Made by a program: the position numbers and the translations under genes. Shown here in pieces: positions 22,911 to 32,271 of a stretch of 64,000 nt of DNA. The stretch covers positions 36,015 through 100,014 of the forward strand of contig JBHGAL010000001.1 of assembly GCA_041949685.1 (NCBI GenBank). The letters run 5' to 3'. The stretch comes from Wolbachia endosymbiont of Folsomia candida. Lineage in GTDB: Bacteria > Pseudomonadota > Gammaproteobacteria > Diplorickettsiales > Diplorickettsiaceae. Within the stretch, counting starts at the first letter, position 1, and the number at the start of each line of letters is the position of its first letter. The notes below the pieces were generated by a model. That model was not told where the DNA came from and ran no database searches. It saw nothing but the letters and a program-made list of their open reading frames with translations.

Positions 22911-23332
22911 AGGGCATTCTTGTTACGACCGAATGTCCAATATCGATGTATCATGAAATTCCAAAATAAAATAACGCCTGATGCTAAGATTTGACTTATA
23001 ATATAAGTATAATAAAGTAAAAATATTTTCATTAACGAAAAATTAAGAAACAGTCCAAACAAGGAATTTAGTGTAAATCTTACTAAAGATTTTTTATGCG
23101 ATAGACTACTTTTAAAAGTATAGTAATGATTCAAAGTATAATTAAGCAAAGCCCCAGCAATATAACCAACAGTAGAAGACCAAATAGGTTTTATAAAGAG
23201 AAATTCAACCAAACTTATTAAAATTGAAAACTGAATCAATGCTGATAGAGCGCCTACTATAAAAAAACGTGAGAATTGTTTTGTAATAGCTTTCATAGAG
23301 GTGTAGTGACTAGTAAGAATAAAAACACGCAT
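22907..23332 (-). CDS. GtrA-family membrane protein (putative lipid-linked sugar flippase)
   Basis: 141 aa with 4 TM helices. RFFIVGALSALIQF...HRYWTF are GtrA-like motifs. It overlaps both neighbouring genes, which suggests an operon. Met13 (23296) is a possible alternative start. Confidence 0.8.
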   Translation of the reverse strand: MRVFILTSHYTSMKAITKQFSRFFIVGALSALIQFSILISLVEFLFIKPIWSSTVGYIAGALLNYTLNHYYTFKSSLSHKKSLVRFTLNSLFGLFLNFSLMKIFLLYYTYIISQILASGVILFWNFMIHRYWTFGRNKNAL

Positions 23333-24704
23333 TTCCCCGACATAATAAATAAATCATCGTCCCCTGTTTCCCTAAGTTAATATGCTTATACAATCTTCCT
23401 AATTTAGGGTCAATTTTATCATTAATTACAAAATAATTTTTCTCCTTAGCAAATCGAGCATCTCGTAAAGGAGGACTAGGATAAATTAATCTATCGATTT
23501 CAGCCGTGACACTTAATCCAGTAGCCACTGAATCATTTGAATAGACTGGAAACCCCTTTGTTTGCATTATAATTTGCTGAGCAGCAACCGTATAATCCCC
23601 TCTATAATAAATCTGATAATAATACATTAGCACTAATGCAACATACTTGACTAAAATTGCCAATGCTAACCAACAAATGATTGTTTTTAGTTGCCTTTTA
23701 GGGAAGTGCCACAATGCTATCGCCAATAATAATGCAATAAATGGATACAATGGAAGTATGTATCGAATGCTGGTATGAGGAGCCAACCAATAAGGAATAA
23801 AATTTAATATAGTTATTCCTAAAAGTATTTTTATTGGATATAAATTAAACGATATTTTTCCAAGTTTCCCCTGCATAAAGTAATAAATTACAAGTCCCGA
23901 CGTCGGTAAAAATCGACAAAAAACTTCCAAAGGGAAAATTATCATCTGTAAAATATATCCCCGCCAATAAACACTATGAAACTTGCTAAAAATATCAGTC
24001 CACATACCTACTTCGGTTGTTTTAAGCGAGACTATATTCCAAAAAAAATAAAAAAAAATAGAAAATAAGTAGGGTAAAAAATTGATCGGCTTTAAAAGAA
24101 AACTTTTAGTTTTTCCATCATAATAAATAATAAAAATAAACGAAACAATATAAAATACATATGCCGTTAATGCTTTCGTCATGAAAGCAGCAACTAAGGC
24201 AATTACGGATAGCCATACAAACACATATCGCTGCTCTAAATTAGCTATCCATAAAAAGGAAATTGCACATACTGTGAAAAAAGCAAATAATGGATCCGAG
24301 TAAGCAAGCCAACCATGATAAAATAAGGCATCGCTAGTAAGAAACACTAATGCCGAAAATAAGCCAAAATAAGGGCTTTTAAATAAGCGGCTTGCCAGCC
24401 ACATTAACATAAAACTTGTAGCAATCGTTGCCAAAGCTGTAACTAAACGCGAAGCAACTAACATGTGCTTCCAGCCGATCAAGCTTGCGAAACCAATAAT
24501 CAACCAATTAAACAGAGGTGGCCGCCAGTAAGCTAAGCCATAAGTAGTGGGGTATAAATAATGATATGAATTCCACATTTCATAAGATGAAATAGTATAG
24601 GCAGCTTCTTCCCCCGTATAAGGAAAAAATAAACTTAGAAAAAAACTTGCAATAGCTAGACTAAGCAAGCATTTTAAAATAATCGAAAAATTCTTAGTAG
24701 GCAT
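23310..24704 (-). CDS. GT-C family membrane glycosyltransferase (ArnT/PMT-like, GT39/GT83)
   Basis: 464 aa, polytopic. The N-terminal loop TGEEAAYTISSYEMW...YWRPPLFNW matches the DE...PPL motif region of ArnT/PMT_2 enzymes. Confidence 0.8.
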   Translation of the reverse strand: MPTKNFSIILKCLLSLAIASFFLSLFFPYTGEEAAYTISSYEMWNSYHYLYPTTYGLAYWRPPLFNWLIIGFASLIGWKHMLVASRLVTALATIATSFMLMWLASRLFKSPYFGLFSALVFLTSDALFYHGWLAYSDPLFAFFTVCAISFLWIANLEQRYVFVWLSVIALVAAFMTKALTAYVFYIVSFIFIIYYDGKTKSFLLKPINFLPYLFSIFFYFFWNIVSLKTTEVGMWTDIFSKFHSVYWRGYILQMIIFPLEVFCRFLPTSGLVIYYFMQGKLGKISFNLYPIKILLGITILNFIPYWLAPHTSIRYILPLYPFIALLLAIALWHFPKRQLKTIICWLALAILVKYVALVLMYYYQIYYRGDYTVAAQQIIMQTKGFPVYSNDSVATGLSVTAEIDRLIYPSPPLRDARFAKEKNYFVINDKIDPKLGRLYKHINLGKQGTMIYLLCRGNACFYSY

Positions 24705-24786
24705 ACCTGATATTTAATCTACAATTTTTTTAGATCGAGAATAATTATTAAAAAATTCTTTTAAATATTGTTAACGGAAAATAACC

Positions 24787-25971
24787 TCAATTATAGCGCA
24801 AAGATAAAACTGCTAAGAAAAAATAAAAAAAACCGATAAAAATAAAACTTATCAAAAAGCGGCCTTCTGCTTGGACTGCAGAACCAATCATGATACCTAA
24901 TAAATTACCTAGTTTTAACGACGTATTACCCAAACCCACGATTTGTGAGCGTCTGTCATCTCTGATCCCTTTTAATAAAAACGTAAAAAGTATTAAAGAA
25001 ATTGCGCCCAGACTTATTCCGAGAAATAAGCTTAGTATAAACGCTAAATAAGCCTTGGTAACAAAAGCAAAACTACAATAGACTAAGCCGCTCACCAATA
25101 AGGCAGCAATTAGAATCCGCTTTCCCCAAATCATATTACTATTCTGCCTATCAATAAGTCGACCAAGATTAGGGGTAGTTAATGACATCATCAAAGCCAT
25201 TAATGCATAAATGATTCCTACTGTTATATTGCCAGAATCTAATTGTTCAACTACATATAAAGAAAAAAAAGGCGTTGACATCCATCGCGCAGCTTGAGTA
25301 AAGCAAATAAGAAAAAGTAAAAAGTTTTCACCAGGATAAATTTTTTTTATTTTTTTATTTGTGTTTATTATATTTTTATTATGAATTGGATTTTCAATTA
25401 GAAACTTAGCTAATAAAGCCGAAACTAATACACAAACAAAACCTGAAGTCATAAAAATAGATAGATATCCATAATAATTAGCTAAAAGTCCCCCGCATAT
25501 CGGCCCCACAATGCTTCCCAATGCTGTCGCTGATTGTAAACGACCAACTACGCGACTGTGTGCATTATTAGGGGAAATCTTTAGTGACCATGCTTGCGCG
25601 GCTGCTGTAAAACCCGCCAGAGCTCCCTGTAATAACCTAATCACAAGGATCCACCATGGATTTTTAAAAGAAATTAATGCCCATTGAGTAATGGCCAATG
25701 CAAGCCCTGCTCGGAGTATCATTTTTTTATACCCGACGTTCTCGCCTATTTTAACCCAAAATAAGGTTGTAAAAATGGTTGTAAGCATTGGAGCCATATA
25801 AATGGCTCCAGTCCAATATTGTAAGGTTTTAGCGTCAAAAGAAAGATACGAAGATAAAATTAATGGCCAATACGGATCACTCATATCAAGCATTGCAATA
25901 ATAATTATCTGGCTAAGAATTATATAACGTATCTGCTGACACCAAGCAGAATCTGATGTCGCAATCTTCAT
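24787..25971 (-). CDS. MFS transporter (LbtB-like putative siderophore exporter)
   Basis: 394 aa with 12 predicted TM helices. It lies 2 bp downstream of the IucA/IucC gene, so co-transcription is likely. Confidence 0.75.
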   Translation of the reverse strand: MKIATSDSAWCQQIRYIILSQIIIIAMLDMSDPYWPLILSSYLSFDAKTLQYWTGAIYMAPMLTTIFTTLFWVKIGENVGYKKMILRAGLALAITQWALISFKNPWWILVIRLLQGALAGFTAAAQAWSLKISPNNAHSRVVGRLQSATALGSIVGPICGGLLANYYGYLSIFMTSGFVCVLVSALLAKFLIENPIHNKNIINTNKKIKKIYPGENFLLFLICFTQAARWMSTPFFSLYVVEQLDSGNITVGIIYALMALMMSLTTPNLGRLIDRQNSNMIWGKRILIAALLVSGLVYCSFAFVTKAYLAFILSLFLGISLGAISLILFTFLLKGIRDDRRSQIVGLGNTSLKLGNLLGIMIGSAVQAEGRFLISFIFIGFFYFFLAVLSLRYN

Positions 25972-25973
25972 AA

Positions 25974-27860
25974 TTACACGCTTAAGGGATTCGCTATCTG
26001 AGAAAATAAACCATCACGTAAGTAGTTTTTTTCCAATCTCATGCGAAGCAATGCTTTTACTGGCCAATGGGAATTTAAAATCGTATTAAATTCTTTTTTC
26101 CAAGTGATTGGACACATTCTATTTTTTAATGCATAAAATCTTTGTTCTGTTACTTCTCTAACAATTTTCCAAAAAGGCTTTTCTTCGCAATTAAAATAAT
26201 TTGCTAGAAGTAACACTATCTCACCTAAATGTAACTGATATACCGTATATAAAAGCTGATTTCTTACCGTTTCTTTATTTTTTTGTAAATAAGGAGAGTT
26301 TTCAGTTAGATCTAAGTCGATTCCCGCCAACTTCAAGCTATCGTCATGAATTTCTATGCCATCAAAATCTCTAGCAATAAATCTTTTAATTTTTCCATCT
26401 CTAAGAATCGCCAAAGTGTTTTGCTGATGCCCTTCTAAAGCAATACCATACAATAAAAAAAGATCTAAATAGCTACCCAATACCAAATCAGTATAATGAA
26501 TAAAATAAGCCAATGCGTCCTGATAAGTTAAACAACCCGATAACTGCATTATTTCAATAAATAAATTAGTTTCGCTTAACGAGGATTTTTCAAAAAAAGC
26601 AGCTACGACGATAGGCACTTCATTATCCGCAAGATGCTGTGTGATATTTTCTCGAAAAATAGCAGTAAAGTGCTTTGCTTCATCTACATTTAGTTCCTTT
26701 AAATGTAAACCATAAGACTCTGGTAATAACCCTAATCGACTAGAGAAATAGTTCTCAGTTATCAAAATTTTTTTTAAAATATTGCTAATCCTCGGCATAT
26801 TTTTTGTAGATATAGGCGATAATGTCCTTACAATACTTGTAGCTTGCACAGCGACTGGCAATTTAATATAAGGCGAATTAGTATTTTCTATAGGCAAAAG
26901 TGTACGGAATGATAAAGTTGGACTTGCTATAATTTTGGCCTTATCAAAAATAACAATAATTTTATTTTCGATATAATCTTTAAACAAGGGTAATATAAAT
27001 GTAAAATAATAGACTTGCCAAGGATGGACCGGAAATGGAATATAATCCTTGACTTCCAAATTATTTTTTTTCAATTCTTCTACCCAACTGGCCCATGCAA
27101 CTGGGTAACATTTACTAAACCATTCAGTAAAATTTATATTTTGTTGCATGGATTCTATATGGACATATTGTTTTTTTACTGCTGCTATATAAATACCAAC
27201 TTTAGATTGGAATTCAGGGGAATAATTAATAGTATCTTCAATAGTAAAACCTAGTTTTGTTTTTGCACAAGGATGATAAGGATGTCCGCTAAATACTGAC
27301 TGTTCAAATTGCAAAGAGTTATTAACTGTTATTTGTGGTGATTTTAATAAATTATTCAGTTGATGATGAGAATTTTTCTTACTCCGATCGATCAATTTAT
27401 TTACACTGTATTTCTTCCAAGTAGAAAGCAACGCATTTTGTAAATGATTGGCTATTTCTTTATAAAATTTTAACCATTGATCCATATTCAAAATACCTTC
27501 CAGTTCGTTTTTGACGATGTCTAGCAATTTTAATGGATCGGTAATAGTTTGTTTTAAGGACGTAGCCTTATGTTTCAAAATTAAGCTGTCGAAGTGCGTG
27601 AATCTTAATAAAGAAAATAATTTTACTCGTGTAACATACATAAAATAATTGGATCGTTGAAGATCAAAAATAACAGTAGCGTTTTGGTAATGATAAGGTA
27701 AAATATCTTCACGTAAAAATGCCAATAACAGTTGTTTTAGGGAGTGTTTATTGACTTCAGAAATACATTCATTGATTGAAAAGTTAAAAGTATTTGAATA
27801 CAGTTTGTATTGTTCACTGAAGTTTATTTCTTGAGGGGATATTCTGTCTATCACATGCAT
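25974..27860 (-). CDS. IucA/IucC-family NIS siderophore synthetase (LbtA/FslA-like)
   Basis: It has the PVHPWQ motif and the EGHQQN and ARDFDG blocks of the IucA/IucC fold, plus a FhuF-like C-terminal part. The track start (27881) is TTG. The ATG at 27860 (MHVIDRI) has the RBS AAGGAAAG upstream, so I prefer it. Confidence 0.85.
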   Translation of the reverse strand: MHVIDRISPQEINFSEQYKLYSNTFNFSINECISEVNKHSLKQLLLAFLREDILPYHYQNATVIFDLQRSNYFMYVTRVKLFSLLRFTHFDSLILKHKATSLKQTITDPLKLLDIVKNELEGILNMDQWLKFYKEIANHLQNALLSTWKKYSVNKLIDRSKKNSHHQLNNLLKSPQITVNNSLQFEQSVFSGHPYHPCAKTKLGFTIEDTINYSPEFQSKVGIYIAAVKKQYVHIESMQQNINFTEWFSKCYPVAWASWVEELKKNNLEVKDYIPFPVHPWQVYYFTFILPLFKDYIENKIIVIFDKAKIIASPTLSFRTLLPIENTNSPYIKLPVAVQATSIVRTLSPISTKNMPRISNILKKILITENYFSSRLGLLPESYGLHLKELNVDEAKHFTAIFRENITQHLADNEVPIVVAAFFEKSSLSETNLFIEIMQLSGCLTYQDALAYFIHYTDLVLGSYLDLFLLYGIALEGHQQNTLAILRDGKIKRFIARDFDGIEIHDDSLKLAGIDLDLTENSPYLQKNKETVRNQLLYTVYQLHLGEIVLLLANYFNCEEKPFWKIVREVTEQRFYALKNRMCPITWKKEFNTILNSHWPVKALLRMRLEKNYLRDGLFSQIANPLSV

Positions 27861-27899
27861 AATTCTTTCCTTAGAAGCCAAATCAGATTATCTGAGTAG

Positions 27900-28018
27900 T
27901 ATACTCACAGCAATTGGATTTTTGGCAAGGCGCCGCGAAAATGAAGCAACCGGAGTGTATTAAGATACATGAGGATTGCGACGGCAACACAGTCAAAAAT
28001 TCAAGTGCGAAGATTATA
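27900..28018 (-). repeat. MITE/REP-like palindromic element, copy B (inverted)
   Basis: TATACTCACAGCAATTGGATTTTTGGCAAGGCGCCGCG...CAGTCAAAAATTCAAGTGCGAAGATTATA is the reverse complement of copy D along its full length. Confidence 0.85.
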
Positions 28019-28167
28019 TCTAACTACTAAATGTTCCAATGATATATATATTAAGATAGCTATTATTCATGGTTTTAGAGTTGAGTCAAGAATTCCAATT
28101 GAACTAATTTGTTTTTTCCTTTTTAATATATGCTTTAAATTATTCCCTAGGTAAGTAAAAATTAAAT

Positions 28168-28908
28168 ATGTCAACATTTTTTATATTTCTTTTATTACTA
28201 ACATGTATTTTATTAAGTCTATTTAATTATAAAAAAACGAGTTTGATAATCGGTTCAATTGTTATCGTAAGTTATCTCGTTATAGGTGACGGCTTTTTTC
28301 CTGTTTATTTATTACACAATTTGCAATCGCCTTATAGTCAATCTACAACTATCAATTGGGAAAAAACTAACACTATTATTTTATTAGGTGCAGGCACTAG
28401 TAAAGATCCGAGTTCTAATAGAATAAAACCTAGCATATTGGCATTTTCAAGAATTTCACAAACTGCAATAATCTATTATGAATGTAAAAAAACTAAGGCG
28501 CACTGTCATATTCTAATTAGTGGTGGGGATCCATTGAATCACGGAAAGTCAGAGGCAGAGACCTATCAAGAAACTTTATTAACTTTAGGGATCGACCCCA
28601 AAGATATTCAATTGGAGAGTCAAAGTAAAAATACTTATCAAAACGCTAAGTTTTCAAGCTCTCTTTTAAAGAAACAATATACTGAGCAACTTTTACTAGT
28701 TAATTCTGGGTTAACTCTTAAACGTGCACTTTTATATTTTTCTTTTTTTAACCTTTACCCCAAGCCTATTGCTGCAGATTTTATTACTATCCCGATTTCT
28801 AAATTCCCACTAGGTTACAACTTTGCGATGAATGATTTTGCAATGCATGAATATATAGGAATACTTCGTTTTTATATTTATAGTTTTTTGGGGTGGAATA
28901 AAAAATAA
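28168..28908 (+). CDS. DUF218 (YdcF/SanA/ElyC-family) membrane-anchored protein
   Basis: 246 aa. It has an N-terminal TM segment and then the ILLGAG...ISGG...T.QNA pattern of DUF218. Confidence 0.65.
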   Translation: MSTFFIFLLLLTCILLSLFNYKKTSLIIGSIVIVSYLVIGDGFFPVYLLHNLQSPYSQSTTINWEKTNTIILLGAGTSKDPSSNRIKPSILAFSRISQTAIIYYECKKTKAHCHILISGGDPLNHGKSEAETYQETLLTLGIDPKDIQLESQSKNTYQNAKFSSSLLKKQYTEQLLLVNSGLTLKRALLYFSFFNLYPKPIAADFITIPISKFPLGYNFAMNDFAMHEYIGILRFYIYSFLGWNKK

Positions 28909-28940
28909 TTCCAATTAAGAAATGAAATTTACCTAACTAA

Positions 28941-29723
28941 TTATTTTTCTATTTGGCTATATTCATATGCCTTTCGTAAACCTTGTAAAACTAAATCTGA
29001 GATTAGTGTATCGAATAAACCGGTTTCTTCATAAAGCTGCGCAAAGCCACCTGTACCAATGACTTTAACCACTTCACCATGAAAAACTTCGTTTTTAAAT
29101 CCTAAAATAATTTCTTTAAGTGCTCCGAAATGCCCATAATAAAGACCGCTTTGTATACTTTCACGTGTTGTCCTACCCATATAACTGCTAGGTGTTTCTA
29201 TGTCTACAGCCATCAATTTAGCGGTATTATTTTTTAAGGCTTCCATACAAAGTCGTAATCCTGGCAAAATAGCACCACCCAAATAATTTCGATCCTTGGT
29301 AATAGCGCATAAGGTTGTAGCCGTCCCCATATCAACAACAATCAATGCTTGTTCGGGGAAAGTAGCTATTGCGCCTATGGCATTCGCAATTCTGTCGGCG
29401 CCTACTTCATTTGGATTTTTACAGCGGATATTTAAGCCAGTTTTAACGCCAGGCTGTAAAACAAAATAATCAGCGCCTTTAAAATACTGGAAAAAACTAT
29501 GCCGCAACGTATAATCGTAGTTTGGAACCACAGATGAGATAGCAATCGCTTTAATTTCCAAAGGTTCCAGTTTATTATACTTAAGGATATTTATTAAAAA
29601 AATTCCGAATTGATCGGCTGTTCCCAATAAAGGGGTCGCATAACGAAAACGTAAAATAAGTTTTTCTTTAGCGAATACTCCACATAGCATGTGTGTATTA
29701 CCTACATCCAAACATAACAACAT
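28941..29723 (-). CDS. coaX: type III pantothenate kinase
   Basis: MLLCLDVGNTH is the canonical CoaX N-terminus (ATG at 29723; the track ORF extends 11 codons upstream). The GADR and DMGTATT motifs are present. Confidence 0.9.
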   Translation of the reverse strand: MLLCLDVGNTHMLCGVFAKEKLILRFRYATPLLGTADQFGIFLINILKYNKLEPLEIKAIAISSVVPNYDYTLRHSFFQYFKGADYFVLQPGVKTGLNIRCKNPNEVGADRIANAIGAIATFPEQALIVVDMGTATTLCAITKDRNYLGGAILPGLRLCMEALKNNTAKLMAVDIETPSSYMGRTTRESIQSGLYYGHFGALKEIILGFKNEVFHGEVVKVIGTGGFAQLYEETGLFDTLISDLVLQGLRKAYEYSQIEK

Positions 29724-29777
29724 AATTGACCTGAAGTTATAAATAATCAATAACACTATACTTAAAATGCCCGCCCA

Positions 29778-30845
29778 ATGACAATCTCTTCAAAGAAAAA
29801 TTCTGGTTTTAATGGAGAAAAACCCGCCGAAATTATAAAACTCGATCTAAATGAAAACCCTCTTGGCGCTAGCCCTCTTGCAATAACCGCGGGTCAACAG
29901 GCCATGCTTAATTGCCACCGATACCCTGATAACGATGGATTTTCTTTAAAGCAATCTTTATCTGCACATTTATGTATTCTTACTGAAAATATTACACTAG
30001 GTAATGGCTCAGAAAGCTTATTAGAACTCATTGTCAAAAATATTTTAGGGCCGTTAAATTCAGCAGTTATCCCAAATTTTTGTTTTACAGGTATTTCGAA
30101 AATCTTAAAAAAAGCTAATATAGCGGTTAAAATAGCTAAAAATTCACATTCATATCTCTCCGCTATAAGCTTGCTAGAAGCTATTGAACCCATGACCACA
30201 GTAGTTTTCATTGTTAACCCCAACAATCCTACTGGCAACTATATGAATAAATTAGAGTTACTCTATCTATTGAGACATCTCCCCGAGAATATATTCGTAG
30301 TTCTAGACGAGGCCTATGCTGAATATGTTGAAACCGACGACTATCCTAATAGCATCCAGTTGTTAAAACAGTTTCCTAATTTAATCATTCTTAGGACCTT
30401 TTCCAAAATTTATGGTTTGGCAGGATTGAGGCTAGGGTATGCCATTAGTGAGACAAAAATAGCTATTTCGCTAAATCAGAGCTCCTTACCTTTCAGGGTT
30501 AATGCGGTTGCATTGGCCGCAGCTGAAGCTAGTTTGAAAGATCAAGAGCATATTAATTCAGCTCGTTTGTTGAATCGACAAGGGCATTTCCAACTTTCCA
30601 AAGGCTTACAAAATTTAGGGTTAAAGTTATTTCCTTCTTATACTAATTTTTTATGTGTGGATTTGAAGTCTCCGAGCTGGCCTATCTATCAACAACTTTT
30701 GTTATATGGCATATCCGTAAGACCATTAAATGACTATGGTTTATCTAGTTTTTTACGCGTTTCTATCGGAACAGATAAGCAAAATCAATCCTTTTTAAGC
30801 GCATTGGAAAAGATATTAATTAAATCTAGCGTCCAGTTAGGCTAA
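29778..30845 (+). CDS. hisC: histidinol-phosphate aminotransferase family (class II PLP aminotransferase)
   Basis: 355 aa. It has LNENPLG, NPNNPTGN, DEAYAEY and the PLP-lysine motif RTFSKIYGLAGLRLGY. Confidence 0.75.
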   Translation: MTISSKKNSGFNGEKPAEIIKLDLNENPLGASPLAITAGQQAMLNCHRYPDNDGFSLKQSLSAHLCILTENITLGNGSESLLELIVKNILGPLNSAVIPNFCFTGISKILKKANIAVKIAKNSHSYLSAISLLEAIEPMTTVVFIVNPNNPTGNYMNKLELLYLLRHLPENIFVVLDEAYAEYVETDDYPNSIQLLKQFPNLIILRTFSKIYGLAGLRLGYAISETKIAISLNQSSLPFRVNAVALAAAEASLKDQEHINSARLLNRQGHFQLSKGLQNLGLKLFPSYTNFLCVDLKSPSWPIYQQLLLYGISVRPLNDYGLSSFLRVSIGTDKQNQSFLSALEKILIKSSVQLG

Positions 30846-30931
30846 GTGCTTTTTAGCGCTATCTTGATAGGTATTTTTCATTTAAAATAGGCTGCAGATA
30901 ATTAAGAACAATAGATTTCCGGACAAAAATA

Positions 30932-31489
30932 ATGAGGGCACTTACCCTATTTCTTTACGAAGCCGTCATGCATCCTAGTATGGTTGGGGCAATGTTTCCT
31001 AGCTCGAAAAGGCTTGCCTATGGTTTAGCTCAGCAAATATCCACCAATCACCCTGGGTTAGTAGTTGAACTGGGAGCAGGAACAGGAGCTATTACGGCTG
31101 CGCTGGTAGATCAAAAAAACCTTTTTCATCAACTTATTGTTATTGAGCGATCAGCAAAACTTTCTAATCATTTAACACAACGTTTCCCTGAATTAAGGAT
31201 TATCCAAGGAGATGCTTGCCAGTTATATACATTAATTAATCAATCTACCTCTGCTCCGATACAAGCCATCGTTTCTAGTTTACCTTTGCGCAGCTTATCG
31301 CCTTCGATCGTAAAAAAAATTGGTACTGAGATTAATCAGGTTTTAATAAAAGGAGGTTTATATATTCAGTATACCTATAGTTTATGGGGAAAACCTTTAT
31401 CTCCCTCTCCACAGCTAAAATTGATCCACCAACAATGGGTATGGCAAAATTTACCACCCGCTCGTATCGATGTATTCCGTCACGAATGA
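30932..31489 (+). CDS. class I SAM-dependent methyltransferase, phospholipid N-methyltransferase-like (COG3963 type)
   Basis: 185 aa. The N-terminal VGAMFPSSKRLA motif and the SAM motif VVELGAGTGAIT match the pattern I associate with PmtA-like enzymes. Confidence 0.55.
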   Translation: MRALTLFLYEAVMHPSMVGAMFPSSKRLAYGLAQQISTNHPGLVVELGAGTGAITAALVDQKNLFHQLIVIERSAKLSNHLTQRFPELRIIQGDACQLYTLINQSTSAPIQAIVSSLPLRSLSPSIVKKIGTEINQVLIKGGLYIQYTYSLWGKPLSPSPQLKLIHQQWVWQNLPPARIDVFRHE

Positions 31490-32271
31490 ATACTCTTTTT
31501 TCTATTGCAGTAACCAGCCGTGAAACTTCTTTATTATCTACTGCACAGGAATTAGCAAAAAAAAACTCCTTACCTTATATTGATTACCTTGAAAGAGAAA
31601 ACTTTAACTATGTCTTAGTCTTAAATTCATCAGGGTTATATCTAGAGGATGTCAAAAAAAAACTCGGCTCATTAAAAATTGATTTTCTTCAGGGAACGCT
31701 AGCTTATCGACTACGCCATATTCAAAATCAAAAGCAGCTATTGGCCAGGGCGATTGGATTAAAACCAAATTTTAAGCCAGTAATTTTAGATGCGACGGCA
31801 GGTTTTGGATGCGATAGCTTCGTTTTAGCTCAGCTGGGTTGCTCTGTCACTCTTTTAGAACGCTCATCGATCATTTTTCTTTTATTGGAAGATGCTTTAA
31901 AGCGGGCTTTGAATCATCCAAAATTTCAACCACTGGCGATTAAGCTAATAAAAACCGAGGCATTTATTTATTTAAAACAAATAAATGCCTGTATGCAATC
32001 ATCTCCCGACATTATTTACCTCGATCCCATGTATCCTCATTCAAATAAATCTGCCTTAGTAAAAAAAGAAATGCGTTTTCTTCGTCACTTAGTTGGCGAC
32101 GATAGTGACGCGCCTAATTTACTAAAATTAGCAATCATATGTGCAAAACAGCGTGTCGTCGTAAAAAGGCCTCGGCTATCTGCTTATTTAGCAGAAGTAA
32201 AACCTCATCACAGTATATTCGGTAAACAACATCGTTTAGATGTATATTTAACCCATTCCCTTAACAGCTAA
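31486..32271 (+). CDS. rsmJ: 16S rRNA (guanine1516-N2)-methyltransferase RsmJ
   Basis: The track ORF starts at 31384 inside the previous gene. The ATG at 31486 overlaps that gene's stop (ATGA). LDATAGFGCDSFVLAQLGCSVTLLERS and IYLDPMYP are RsmJ hallmarks. Confidence 0.85.
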   Translation: MNTLFSIAVTSRETSLLSTAQELAKKNSLPYIDYLERENFNYVLVLNSSGLYLEDVKKKLGSLKIDFLQGTLAYRLRHIQNQKQLLARAIGLKPNFKPVILDATAGFGCDSFVLAQLGCSVTLLERSSIIFLLLEDALKRALNHPKFQPLAIKLIKTEAFIYLKQINACMQSSPDIIYLDPMYPHSNKSALVKKEMRFLRHLVGDDSDAPNLLKLAIICAKQRVVVKRPRLSAYLAEVKPHHSIFGKQHRLDVYLTHSLNS

